Positions 1-9,991 are shown, counted from the first letter of the stretch. The stretch is DNA of 55,338 nt from a candidate division Zixibacteria bacterium SM1_73 (GCA_001304225.1 LJVD01000016.1:1-55338); one strand, 5' to 3'. Notes: generated by a model from the letters alone, not told the origin. Made by a program: numbers and translations.

Positions 1-1746
1 CTGGATGAGAGATCTGGTATGCTTCATTTTCCATACTTTGTCGATGAGGAGGAAGAAAATCCTGGTCCTCAGCCATTGGGTCAAGGCTTGACTGAATATG
101 TCCTTCGGACTGGTCAATCCCTTTTAGCATCCCCCGAAGTCTTTGCAGATCTCGAGGAGAAAGGGGAGGTTGTATCCATAGGACCGCCTTCCATCGATTG
201 GCTCGGCGTCCCTCTCAAGATCGGAGGCAGGGTCATAGGTGTGCTGACTGTCCAGAGTTACACAGAAGGAGTCCGGTACACGGAGGAAGAAAAAAATGTT
301 TTGACTTTCATTGCCGAACAGGTTGCCATGGCCATCGAACGGAAACGGGCTACTTACGCCCTCAGTCAAAGCGAGAAACAGATTCGGGCATTAATCGAGG
401 CTATCCCCGCTTCTATTTATTTCAAAGACACAGAGGGCAGAAACATCGTTATAAACAGGGCTTATGAAAAATTGGTCGGGAAAGAAAGAAAAGATATGAT
501 AGGAAAAACCGACACAGAGATCCTGCCTCCGACACTGGCTGAAGAGTGCCGCAAGAGCGACCAAAAAGTTTTACAGACCGGAAAAACTTACCAAGGGGAG
601 GAAGGTCTTCTTCATCAAAATGGGGAGATGACTTTCTTTGAAACGACAAAATCTCCCATCCTCGATGAGAATGGAGATATCGTGGGGCTGGTTGGTGTAA
701 GCCGTGATATCACAGAGAGAAAAAAAACAGAAGAGGCCTTAGAGGAATCAGAGGAGCGGTATAGAGACCTGGTTGAGAAAGCAGGAATAGCCATTTTGAT
801 CGATGACAGGGGGGGGAATTTCAAATACGTAAACAAGAGATATGCACAATTGTTCGGATATTCCGAGGAAGAATTGGAGTCTCAGTCCATCCATTCTGTC
901 GTTCATCCTGATGATATAGATATGGTCCTTCGGTATCATAATAAGCGTATACAAGGCAAAAAAGCTCCCTCCAGGTATGAGTTCAAAGGTGTAAAAAAAG
1001 ATGGCACTCCCATCTATCTTGAGGTCGATGCAAAAGCCATAAAGAGAGGGAAGAGGGTCGTCGGGACACGCAGCTATATTTGGGATATCACAGCTCGCAA
1101 GATGGCCGAGGAAAGACTCAAGGCTTCGCTCCTGGAAAAAGAGGTCCTTCTTCGTGAAATTCACCACAGGGTCAAGAACAATCTTCAGATCATCTCCAGC
1201 CTGCTCAATCTCCAGTCTCGATATATCCAAGATGAACCTTCCCTCGATATGTTTCAGGAAAGCAGACAACGGGTGCGATCCATGGCTCTTGTACACGAGA
1301 AATTGTACAGGTCGGAGGATATGGCAAGAATCGATTTTTGTGAATACCTCAAGAGTCTCGCGAGTCATCTTTTCATGTCCTATGGTGTGAATTCTGCATC
1401 CGTGGAACTGGATGTCGATGTGAATGGCGTGTATCTCGATATCAATACATCTATTCCATGTGGTCTGATTGTCAATGAGCTGGTCTCCAATTCGCTCAAG
1501 CATGCTTTTTCAGGGAGAGAAAAAGGCAAAATTCGAATCGTCCTTCAGCCTGAAAACAAGAACAAGTTCAAGCTTGTGGTGAGCGATGATGGCGTGGGTT
1601 TGCCGAGAAGTCTGGATGTTTTAAATACCGACTCATTGGGTCTTCAATTGGTGACTATGTTGGTCGAGCAGCTCCAAGGAACATTATCCATCGAAAGAAA
1701 CCACGGCACGTCCTTCGAAATCGTCTTCCAAGGAGCCTTCAAATGA
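1..1746 (+). CDS. GAF-PAS-PAS sensor histidine kinase (HisKA_2 type), 5'-partial
   Basis: Frame is open from base 1. GAF tail (WLGVPLKIGGRVIGVLTVQSY), two PAS/PAC units (DITERKK, DITARK), H-box LLREIHHRVKNNLQ, N-box NELVSNSLKHAF, G-boxes DDGVG and SLGL. Confidence 0.92.
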   Translation: MDERSGMLHFPYFVDEEEENPGPQPLGQGLTEYVLRTGQSLLASPEVFADLEEKGEVVSIGPPSIDWLGVPLKIGGRVIGVLTVQSYTEGVRYTEEEKNVLTFIAEQVAMAIERKRATYALSQSEKQIRALIEAIPASIYFKDTEGRNIVINRAYEKLVGKERKDMIGKTDTEILPPTLAEECRKSDQKVLQTGKTYQGEEGLLHQNGEMTFFETTKSPILDENGDIVGLVGVSRDITERKKTEEALEESEERYRDLVEKAGIAILIDDRGGNFKYVNKRYAQLFGYSEEELESQSIHSVVHPDDIDMVLRYHNKRIQGKKAPSRYEFKGVKKDGTPIYLEVDAKAIKRGKRVVGTRSYIWDITARKMAEERLKASLLEKEVLLREIHHRVKNNLQIISSLLNLQSRYIQDEPSLDMFQESRQRVRSMALVHEKLYRSEDMARIDFCEYLKSLASHLFMSYGVNSASVELDVDVNGVYLDINTSIPCGLIVNELVSNSLKHAFSGREKGKIRIVLQPENKNKFKLVVSDDGVGLPRSLDVLNTDSLGLQLVTMLVEQLQGTLSIERNHGTSFEIVFQGAFK

Positions 1747-1844
1747 TGCGAATCTCCGCTAACGCAGCTTGAATATTTGAATGTCCTCCTCTACAATCAG
1801 AATCTAAGACTAAAGTTGTGAAGACAATGAATGTCTAATCCCGA

Positions 1845-2888
1845 TTGACTCTTTTGAAAGCATATAGACAAACCCTGCGGCTGAAAACAGCCCAAGTAAA
1901 AAAATTCCTATCGGAAATCACTTACAGTCACCTGTGTATGAATATTATGCCCACAGTCTTAGAACAGGGATTCCGCAACCGCGCCAAATTCAAGATATTC
2001 GGCAATCCCCGAAAATTTGAAGTGAAAGGGACAGATCCTCTTTCAGGGGAAATTCCAGCTTCTGAGGCGATCTGGATTCTTCCTGGATGGGGAAGAAAGC
2101 TCGTGTCCGACACCATTGGAGTCATATCCCAGAATTTATCCGGATATTGGGTCGACGGCTTCGAGGTTCAGCTCACTCACGGAAATAAACATGCTCATCT
2201 AATTTTGTTTGTGAAGCGATCTAAGCGCCGTTCATATGCTGAACTTGCGGATTTGCTGCTTGCCAAAATTCCAAGCCTCAAAGGTGTATCGATCCCTTCC
2301 CAGAAGAGCGATTTTGGAGAGCCTTATCTCCTCCATGCCATCCGTGGGAAAAATATTTTTTCTCATCATGACGCTTTCTTCCAGTCGAATATTCAATTGA
2401 CACCCAGGCTTTTGGAAGATGTCCAAAAGAAATCTCAAAAGATAAGCTTCCGAAGAATTATTGATCTCTTTTGCGGAGTGGGACTGTTTTCTCTCTTTCT
2501 TACAAAAAACGACACGGAGATCATCGGAGTCGATAACAGTAAAAAAGCCATAGAAAGTGCAAGGAGAAATGCGGATTATCAGGGAATCGGTCGTGCATCA
2601 TTCATATGCTCTTCTGTAGAGACATACACACATCGAGCTCGTCTCTTTCCAGACGACTTCGTGCTTATCGATCCCCCACGATCGGGTTGCGCGAGTTCCC
2701 TCATCGAAACCATAGCCAGCCATAGGCCTCATTCCGTGTGTTCGATCTCCTGCTGCTTGAAAACCCACATCCGGGATCTTAAAGACTGGATCAAAAGGGG
2801 ATATTCGATTCAATCCTTTTCTGCCTTCGATATGTTCCCTTTCACAGAATTTCTGGAGACAGTCGCACTTCTGGCAAAAAAACCTTAG
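1845..2888 (+). CDS. TrmA/RlmD-family RNA (uracil-5)-methyltransferase without TRAM domain
   Basis: FFQSN, SAM motif DLFCGVG, DPPRSG, catalytic Cys in SISC, DMFP. TTG start uncertain. Confidence 0.85.
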   Translation: MTLLKAYRQTLRLKTAQVKKFLSEITYSHLCMNIMPTVLEQGFRNRAKFKIFGNPRKFEVKGTDPLSGEIPASEAIWILPGWGRKLVSDTIGVISQNLSGYWVDGFEVQLTHGNKHAHLILFVKRSKRRSYAELADLLLAKIPSLKGVSIPSQKSDFGEPYLLHAIRGKNIFSHHDAFFQSNIQLTPRLLEDVQKKSQKISFRRIIDLFCGVGLFSLFLTKNDTEIIGVDNSKKAIESARRNADYQGIGRASFICSSVETYTHRARLFPDDFVLIDPPRSGCASSLIETIASHRPHSVCSISCCLKTHIRDLKDWIKRGYSIQSFSAFDMFPFTEFLETVALLAKKP

Positions 2889-2986
2889 TCCTTCATATTC
2901 CATTGGGGCACCTTCGGATCGATTTTTCGTATTGTCAGAGCCAGATTATTTTTTTATAATCGAACAGAACAAGGGAAAGAAGCAGC

Positions 2987-3999
2987 ATGACAGGAAAAAA
3001 GAGAGTTTTTCTCTCTCTCGCATTGTTCTTTTCGGTCCTCTTTATCGGTGTTGGAGGATTCATGATTATTGGGGGAGGAAGGTGGTCCCTCCTGGATAGT
3101 CTCTACATGACTGTCATAACCCTGTCCACTGTTGGCTATGGAGAAGTCGTGGACATCAGCACAAATCCCGCAGCCAGAATATTCACCGTCATTTTCATCT
3201 TCCTGTGCCTGGGCACGATTGCCTTTGCAGTAACTTCTATAACCAGCTTTATTATCGAGGGAGAGCTAACAAACATTCTCGGGAGACGACGAATGGAAAA
3301 AGAGATATCTAAGTTAAAGGATCACTATATTGTCTGTGGATCGGATGAGACAGCTTTAACCATCATCCAAGAGCTCATCCTGACCAAAAGGTCCTTCGTT
3401 GTGATTGAGCCCCTTCAAGAAAAAATCGAAAAGCTTTCCGTTTTGGGGAATATACTCTTTGTCCACGGTGACCCCACAGAAGACAATGTCCTCATTCAGG
3501 CTGGAATCGAAAAGGCCAAAGGAATACTGCTCTCTCTCCCCACAGATGAGGCCAATCTTTTTGTCATGCAAGGAGCCTCAATCCTGATATCAGAATCGTG
3601 ACCAAGGGCATCGATGTCAAATCTCACAAGAAAATATTCAAGGCGGGTTCGGATGCGGTCGTGTCTCCATCGTTTATAGGAGGAATGCGCATGATCTCGG
3701 AGATGATCCGGCCGGCTGTGGTGACTTTTCTGGATATGATGCTCAGGGACAGAGAAGAGGTTCTTCGGTTTGAAGAATTCCACGTCAAAAAAGGTTCCCG
3801 ACTGGTGGGCTGCACCATACAAGAGGCAAATATAGATAAAGAGACAGGTTCCCTTCTTGTTGCTCTCAAAAGGGCAGGAAAAGCGAAGTATGATTTCAAT
3901 CCTTCAAAGGAGACAAAAATTCAGGAAGGTGATACCCTTGTCCTGATTGCCACCCCAGATTTGATCAGCCAGATTGGAAAGGAACTTGAAGAGAATTAA
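2987..3999 (+). CDS. 2-TM potassium channel with TrkA-N/TrkA-C (RCK) domains, frameshifted at ~3566
   Basis: Selectivity filter TVGYG. The frame of 2987 ends ...DEANLFV and another frame continues ARSLNPDIRIVTKGID..., joining ORFs 2987-3601 and 3598-3999. Confidence 0.88.
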
Positions 4000-5066
4000 T
4001 CCTCTTTATCCTCTGGGCCGTTCAGATCTTTAGGTTTCTCAGGAAGTTTCTCGATCTGTTCGCTACTGACAAGCTCCAGTTTATCTGCAAATTTATCCAA
4101 CCGCTTATCTGCATCATCATACTTTGTTTTCGCATGAACAAGATGAGTTCCCAGCACCTCGAAATCTTTCTTGAATCGCGTCAGGTCTCCCTGAAGTCTC
4201 ATGATTCTCTGAAAGATTTCACGGGCAGATTTTTCGATTTGGAGTCCTTTAAGCCCCTGTACAATAACCTGTAAGTAGGCGTAAAAAGAGTTGGGAGAGA
4301 CAGGTATGACTCTTTTCTTCATGGCAAAGGAAAAGATGCTTCGCTCCTCTCCCAAACTTTCATCTTTGAGAATGGTCTCGTAGTAAATGTTTTCGGCTGG
4401 GATGTACATCAGGGCAAAGTCATACGTGCCCTCATCAGGAAGGATATACTTTTTTGCGATCTCACCGATGTGTTTTTTTACATCTGAAACAAATCGCTTT
4501 CTCAGGTCCTCTCTTTTAGTTTGTTGTTCTTCGTTCATATACTTTTGGAAATTTTCCAAAGGGAATTTGGCGTCGATCGGGACCATATTCTCACCGATAT
4601 GAATCGCTGCATCGACTGCCTCGCCGCTCTTGAATTTGTATTGAAGGCTGAAGTAGACAGGGGGAAGTATTTGAGCCAGCAGGTCCCCGAGAAAGAGCTC
4701 TCCGAATCCTCCCCGGAATTTGGGCGCACGCAGAAGATTTTCCAGGTTTGAGATGTTTTTGGCCTTTTCGAGCACCTCACGGGTGACCTCTTCCATCTTG
4801 CCCAGGTCTTTTTTTACATCGCCCAGTGTCCCCCCAATATGGCCGGTTGTTTTTTGGAATTGATGGCTCATGCTTTGGAGCTGCTGGTTTATGTTTTGGG
4901 TGAGCTGTCCGATCTGTTGCTGCATGAGAGAAAGTGCCTTGTCTTGGACTTGGAGTTTTTTAATTTCTTCGACTTTGGAGGCGGTGGTTTTCTGCGACCA
5001 AAGAAGAAAGAGCAGGAGAAACAGAAGAATACCTAAAACAATGATGAGCAAAATATTCAGGTCCAT
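3996..5066 (-). CDS. rmuC: DNA recombination protein RmuC
   Basis: N-terminal TM, coiled coil, RGGFGE..L, PIDAKFP, KYILP, DFALMYIPAE, VSP motifs. Confidence 0.92.
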   Translation of the reverse strand: MDLNILLIIVLGILLFLLLFLLWSQKTTASKVEEIKKLQVQDKALSLMQQQIGQLTQNINQQLQSMSHQFQKTTGHIGGTLGDVKKDLGKMEEVTREVLEKAKNISNLENLLRAPKFRGGFGELFLGDLLAQILPPVYFSLQYKFKSGEAVDAAIHIGENMVPIDAKFPLENFQKYMNEEQQTKREDLRKRFVSDVKKHIGEIAKKYILPDEGTYDFALMYIPAENIYYETILKDESLGEERSIFSFAMKKRVIPVSPNSFYAYLQVIVQGLKGLQIEKSAREIFQRIMRLQGDLTRFKKDFEVLGTHLVHAKTKYDDADKRLDKFADKLELVSSEQIEKLPEKPKDLNGPEDKED

Positions 5067-5090
5067 CGAAGGTATAACTCCTTGTGTGCA

Positions 5091-5119
5091 ATTATAAGAA
5101 AATCAAAGGCCCTGTGCAA
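5091..5119 (-). promoter_or_regulatory. sigma70-like promoter of rmuC
   Basis: Minus strand TTGCAC-17 nt-TATAAT about 25 nt before the ATG. Confidence 0.55.
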
Positions 5120-5171
5120 ATGATGGAGGTTCTTGGCCAGGCAAGCCCCCCTAAATTATGGCTTCTTCAAT

Positions 5172-5200
5172 TTGACAACACATTATGACTTTTCTAAACT
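5172..5200 (+). promoter_or_regulatory. sigma70-like promoter of tRNA-Lys
   Basis: TTGACA-17 nt-TAAACT ending 14 nt before the tRNA. Confidence 0.65.
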
Positions 5201-5214
5201 ATGAGATACTTCAT

Positions 5215-5287
5215 GGCCCGTTAGCTCAACTGGTAGAGCAGCGGACTCTTAATCCGCGGGTTCCAGGTTCGAGTCCTGGACGGGTCA
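5215..5287 (+). tRNA. tRNA-Lys (anticodon CTT), CCA not encoded
   Basis: Acceptor GGCCCGT/ACGGGTC, D arm GCTC..TGGTA..GAGC, anticodon arm GCGGA-CTCTTAA-TCCGC, T arm CCAGG-TTCGAGT-CCTGG, discriminator A. Confidence 0.97.
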
Positions 5288-5549
5288 TATTTTTTTTCCT
5301 TTATTTATCAGCAACTTACCTTATTTTCTGTTTTTAGCCTGAGTCAATTAAATTGAGCCATTTTGGGTGATTTTGTCCTCAATTTGTCCACACGAATTTT
5401 AGAAAAGGAATCTATAGCTTAATTTTGTCTAGAATTACTACCCGAATTGCTGACCGAGACTACTGGAGGATTGTTCTAAATTATGTACGTTGACCAACAC
5501 AAGAACTGAAAAGGCAAATCAAATCAAGTTCAGCTTAATGAAAAAAAAT

Positions 5550-6089
5550 CTACTTCTCTCCCTCCTTCGGCTTAAGCTCCATGCCGAGTTGCTGCATTAA
5601 ACCTAAGACGTCCTCAAAAACCCAAATTTCCTTGATTTGCCCGTCAACAATCCTCATGATGTGCATTCCGTACTGCGTCACTTTCTTTCCAGTTGCAGGA
5701 ATTCCCTCATACTCAGCTTCATGCGTAGCGTTTATATGGAGTTTAACTGCGACTTTATCACCTTCAGCTATTAGCTCGTCAATCGTATGGGAAGCATCTG
5801 GAAAAGATTCATAAAATGCATCTCTAAAATGGACAAGTTTAACTCTCCCTGTGAATTCAGTTATATCTGGAGATGTAAGGCTAAAATCAATAGGTAAGAG
5901 TTCCATGAGTTTTTCTGTATTTCTTTCATCAATCGCCTTGAAAAAATCTCGCACTATCTCCTTATTCTGTTCCTCAACCTCTGCCTGGGCTTTCATCGCT
6001 TCAGACTCTGTCATCGCTTCCCTGTCCTGGAAACCGACCATAAAGCTTAGAATCAAAGCCAAAGGCAGAATAATGTAAAGTTGTTTCAT
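5550..6089 (-). CDS. Exported SnoaL-like ester cyclase (NTF2 fold)
   Basis: Signal peptide; EQNKEIVR, SFPD, IAEGDKV, GIPATGKKV, DGQIKE.W...D.LGLMQQLG. Confidence 0.88.
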   Translation of the reverse strand: MKQLYIILPLALILSFMVGFQDREAMTESEAMKAQAEVEEQNKEIVRDFFKAIDERNTEKLMELLPIDFSLTSPDITEFTGRVKLVHFRDAFYESFPDASHTIDELIAEGDKVAVKLHINATHEAEYEGIPATGKKVTQYGMHIMRIVDGQIKEIWVFEDVLGLMQQLGMELKPKEGEK

Positions 6090-6125
6090 CGCTTCCCCCT
6101 CTCTGAAAACTTGGTTTCTGATTAG

Positions 6126-6671
6126 CTACTTTTTCTCTTCTTGCGGTTCTGGAGGCTGCGGAGGAACAATAGTAAAACCTAATTGTTGCATCAACTGGAG
6201 CACATTGAAATAAACCCATTCCTCTACTATCTTGCCTTCATCAAAACGGTCGATAGCGACTCCTGAAAAATGAACTTTATTTCCCGTCGCAGGCATATCG
6301 CCTAAATGTGTGTGAAGCGGACCTGTATTTGTGCCTGACAAGGTCCAAACAGTTACAGTCCTATCACCTTTAACAATCATATCATCGATTGTCATATGGA
6401 GATCAGGCAAAGCTCTATGGTTGTTTGAATAGTACTGTTTCAAAGCATCTAGACCGATGATGTCTTCAGGAGCACTGCAATCATGCACCACAACATCTTC
6501 GGCATAAATTTCATCGAGCAAATCCAGGTTAACTGTATTTCTAGCTTCTACATAGAGGTTATGAATAGCTTTCGCTTCTTCTTCAGTGATTACTTCTTCA
6601 GCCTGCTTTTGGCAGCCAAAAGTAAAACAAAGCAGAATGACCAAAGGAATAATCATGAGAAGTTTTTTCAT
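6126..6671 (-). CDS. Lipoprotein SnoaL-like ester cyclase
   Basis: Lipobox FTFGC; ALPDL, GDR, GTNTG, PATGNKV, GKIVEEW, LMQQLG. Confidence 0.88.
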   Translation of the reverse strand: MKKLLMIIPLVILLCFTFGCQKQAEEVITEEEAKAIHNLYVEARNTVNLDLLDEIYAEDVVVHDCSAPEDIIGLDALKQYYSNNHRALPDLHMTIDDMIVKGDRTVTVWTLSGTNTGPLHTHLGDMPATGNKVHFSGVAIDRFDEGKIVEEWVYFNVLQLMQQLGFTIVPPQPPEPQEEKK

Positions 6672-6814
6672 TTTTCCCTCCTTAATTCCTTGATGAGGAT
6701 GTTTAAATAGATTACCCGCCCCTTAAAATTGTCAGTCGCCACTTTATTTCAGCGACTGTCCTAACCGAGAAATCTATTTTGTAGTCTACTTCTCCTTGAG
6801 CTTATGTGATAAGT

Positions 6815-7237
6815 CTATTTCTTTGGTCGAAGAGGCTCAGGCACAATAGGTGATGGACCCCAAATTTCAACTCTAATGTTGACTCCAAACGAATCACGGA
6901 GCTCTGCCGCAATTTTCTCCCATTCTTCACTTTGAGCAAAATTGGCCCAATCAGTTAGAGTTTGCCATACAGTAGTTGAACGTACAAACGGTGAACCCAA
7001 AACATTGCGATTGGCACGAAATTCAATGAGCCCTGGTGATTGCATCACAAAGGCAATTGCCTTCTTGGCCCATTCTTGGTAGGCTTGCTGGTCAATACCT
7101 GGCAATAAATCATAGTATAAATTCACTTCTACTTTTTGATTTGTCTTGTTCTGCTCCTCAGCTTTAGCAAGGCTTGTTAGAACAAATAGACTAACTAAAA
7201 AGCTCACAATTAAAAAGATTGAAATTTTACCTCTCAT
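6815..7237 (-). CDS. Exported dimeric alpha+beta barrel (ABM/EthD-like) protein
   Basis: Signal peptide (AKA|EE), strong RBS AGGAGGG, PGLIEFRANR...W..L.DW..F pattern typical of ABM barrels. Confidence 0.6.
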   Translation of the reverse strand: MRGKISIFLIVSFLVSLFVLTSLAKAEEQNKTNQKVEVNLYYDLLPGIDQQAYQEWAKKAIAFVMQSPGLIEFRANRNVLGSPFVRSTTVWQTLTDWANFAQSEEWEKIAAELRDSFGVNIRVEIWGPSPIVPEPLRPKK

Positions 7238-7607
7238 AAAATCCCTCCTTTTTTGGTTTATAGATGTGGGGGAAGAATTCTGCCTTTTGATTTAAGTAGA
7301 AATTCCTCCCGTCTTGTTGGATTCATGTTGTCCCCCAACGCAGACTCTCAGATTTATATCACAAAGAAAGAAGTGAATCAATGCAAAAGGAAAATTTGTT
7401 TGATATTTAAAACTTTTATCCCATTTAAAATGATGGGACAGGTTCCATTTCACTTATTTGTGTTTTCATAACTGTTTTAATGCCTTTTTTCCTTTTCAAG
7501 ATACCAAAAAAGATTCCTTCCTGAAAAATATGGTTCATCATAAAAATGGGTACTACGCAAGATGAGAAGTAGAAATATTCAGGATGCAAAGGTTTAGGAG
7601 AAATTAT

Positions 7608-8153
7608 TTACTGAGCGTTTTTAATCCTGGCTTTTTTGCGAAGTGTCTCCAGAATCTCTTGTATTTCTGAGTTGGATTTGCCTTCAAATTTGATTGTTTT
7701 GTCAGTTCCTAAAACTGCTCCAATAACTAATCCAGGTAGGCCAAATAATATTGCTCCCCCAGCTGCATTGCCACTTGCACCAAAATCAAAAAAGTTGGAC
7801 TCTGAGTAGGTCAAGAGTCCGAAACCAGCTCCTACAAGCCCACCAATAAAAAGACCAACTAATGCCTTCGATTTTTTAATAATTCTGACTGCCTTAATTT
7901 CACTAATATCAACAGTCACATCAGTTCCTGAATTTCGTTCCAGTAATAACAACGAGTTCTGGTTAACCGCGATTAATTCCCCTCTTATTTCAGGTCTTAT
8001 TGTCTCCCACGGTGTTCCTTCCATCTTTGGCTTTATTTCACCAACTCCTACCGTGTATATTGCAATATTAGCTCCACGTTTTTCCTTAGCAAATAAGTTC
8101 CCTGAAAGTGCCAAGATAGAGAACACCAAAAACAAAGATATGAATTTTTTCAT
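7608..8153 (-). CDS. Exported/membrane hypothetical protein with glycine-zipper hairpin
   Basis: Signal peptide, beta-rich RGELIAV..SLLLL domain, GLFIGGLVGAGFG and GGAILFGLPGLVIGAVLG glycine zippers. Confidence 0.75.
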   Translation of the reverse strand: MKKFISLFLVFSILALSGNLFAKEKRGANIAIYTVGVGEIKPKMEGTPWETIRPEIRGELIAVNQNSLLLLERNSGTDVTVDISEIKAVRIIKKSKALVGLFIGGLVGAGFGLLTYSESNFFDFGASGNAAGGAILFGLPGLVIGAVLGTDKTIKFEGKSNSEIQEILETLRKKARIKNAQ

Positions 8154-8155
8154 GA

Positions 8156-8230
8156 TTCCCCGTTTTTAACGATTCCTCTCTTTTAAGATAGAGTGATGGA
8201 AGGTTTATGTCAATCTTTTAGCTACTGATT
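8156..8230 (-). repeat. Promoter+RBS module, copy 1 (copy 2 at 19004-19080)
   Basis: 8172-8230 vs 19022-19080 match at 49/59 nt ungapped. Minus strand TTGACA-17-TATCTT followed by a GGGGA RBS. Confidence 0.75.
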
Positions 8231-8361
8231 TTTATAATATGCCTTGATTAATCTTTTCAAGGTTATTTTTGTATTGGAATCATCTACTTCCTAGAAATCC
8301 TTATGATATCTTACATTGCAAGGTTGTATCTTTTTAATAGGGGTCTGAATTTTCAATAAAA

Positions 8362-8632
8362 CAGCCATTGATTCTTCAATAATCATATTGAGGTCACGGA
8401 AAGCTTTCCAAAACATCTTTAACATCTTTAAATTTTCTTTTAGGGAAATTGGATTGGGACTTCCTGATGGAGAATAGCAAAATTAGTCAGGAGCATACGC
8501 CTCAATAAAAAACTCAGCATTTCTTTTGTTCCATTCCTCAACCACTTTTCTTACCAATTCCATATTCTGCTGCTCAGTCTCTGCCTGGGCTTTAATCGTT
8601 TCTTGCTCTGCATTCGCTTCCCTGTCTTTGAA
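8362..8632 (-). pseudogene. Decayed SnoaL-like ester cyclase paralog
   Basis: FKDREANAEQETIKAQAETEQQNMELVRKVVEEWNKRNAEFFIEAYAPD*FCYSPSG...WKAFRDLNMIIEE aligns to 5550-6089. In-frame TAA at 8483-8485; signal peptide and C-terminus missing. Confidence 0.8.
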
Positions 8633-8875
8633 AACAGCATATGATCCTCGTGAGATCTTGCCTCTCGGGAGTTCATGTTCAGTGGTCGTTAGGAAAAGCC
8701 GCGAATCAGTCGTTTAGGTAAGGGAGCAGCCCGGGGGAAAGGATCAATCTAGCAACAAGGAATAGGCACCACTTGTTTTTAAAAAGATTTTTCGTTTCAT
8801 TCATCTTCCCTTATCAAGCTTATTAAGAAATTCAAGAAGATAATTAAGGGGTTGGGTATCCACTTGCCGAATTAT

Positions 8876-9991
8876 TTAATCCAACTTAATGAGTCTGATC
8901 TTGTATTTCAGCCAGTCCGACATGCCCCCAGTGAGGACATGGCCGTCCACCAAAGGCATTTTCTCCCTCGAAATGTACCCGATGAATTCTTTGGATTCGA
9001 AATTGGGCCGATGAGGGACCTTCCCCAAATAGGATTTCCTCGGGATGCACATATAGCGTTCCAAAGCATTAAACTCCGGCCATTTCAACTGCACAGTATT
9101 TCCACTCACCTTTCCTCCGATGGGCTGACCGGTCAGATCGCCCTCGTCCCAGTCATCCGCGCTCTTTATCTTTTCGATCCTATAAAGATCCCAGTGGTCG
9201 AACAGGATTGCAGGAGTTATATTCGCCGAAAAAACATGGCCATCATAAAATTGTCTAGCGCTTCCCTTTCCGATTAGAACAAACTCACCTATCAGCATCC
9301 ATTTATACTGCATGGCGATGGGCAATTCCTTGCTTTTATTCTGCAGCTTCTTATTCCTAATTGGGGACTGCGTGGTATCGATCTCCTCTCCCTCGACTGC
9401 AATCCTCCACAACTCCGCACCATCCAGTGCGAAATCTGTCTTCCAAGACATAATCTGGACACCCTCTCCAAAACTCTTGGGTCCAAAACTGAACGTTCCT
9501 GTTGCTCCATCTTTCAGTTCGATTTTCGCTCCCGGATTTTCCCCAGGTGCAAGTACATGGGGATCAAAGTTATCTTCATAAGGCTCTTTCTGCGTCCCCA
9601 TCGGAGCGGGATAATTGATTATAATTTCTCCCTTACAGGGGATGTTGCGGTGCTTAAAATAGAATCGCAGGTATTTCCCTTCTGTTTCCCCCACAACTTC
9701 GAGAGACCCTTCCCCTTTGAGCTGGCTTATGCTGAAAGCTCCTGTTTTCTTGTAGTCGAAATCCATGGTCACATAGATTTCTCCCGTCCCAGTGAATTTC
9801 CCTTTAGAACCGGGGATCAAATGGGCATACCCTTCGGCCTTGACTGAAACACCGGCAGGACCATAAGGGCCTATAACCTTCGTGGCTCCTTGAGACCGAA
9901 AGGTAAGCACCATTCTCTGACCGGTCTGGGTGAAAGAAACCAGCGGAAAAAGCAGTAATATCACCAAAAACAAAGCAAGCTTTCTCTTCAT
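8876..9991 (-). CDS. Exported beta-rich hypothetical protein
   Basis: Likely start MKRKLALF at 9991 after an AGGAG RBS; signal peptide; no family recognised. Confidence 0.75.
   Translation of the reverse strand: MKRKLALFLVILLLFPLVSFTQTGQRMVLTFRSQGATKVIGPYGPAGVSVKAEGYAHLIPGSKGKFTGTGEIYVTMDFDYKKTGAFSISQLKGEGSLEVVGETEGKYLRFYFKHRNIPCKGEIIINYPAPMGTQKEPYEDNFDPHVLAPGENPGAKIELKDGATGTFSFGPKSFGEGVQIMSWKTDFALDGAELWRIAVEGEEIDTTQSPIRNKKLQNKSKELPIAMQYKWMLIGEFVLIGKGSARQFYDGHVFSANITPAILFDHWDLYRIEKIKSADDWDEGDLTGQPIGGKVSGNTVQLKWPEFNALERYMCIPRKSYLGKVPHRPNFESKEFIGYISREKMPLVDGHVLTGGMSDWLKYKIRLIKLD

Noticed and set aside
748-1503. Long antisense ORFs (748-1503, 11730-12329, 15835-16554, 47851-48360 and similar)
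   Set aside because: Shadows of well-supported opposite-strand genes with no recognisable motifs.
3560-3601. Programmed ribosomal frameshifting at the split genes
   Set aside because: Conserved residues are physically missing at several junctions, which recoding cannot restore, and no slippery heptamer plus stimulator was seen.
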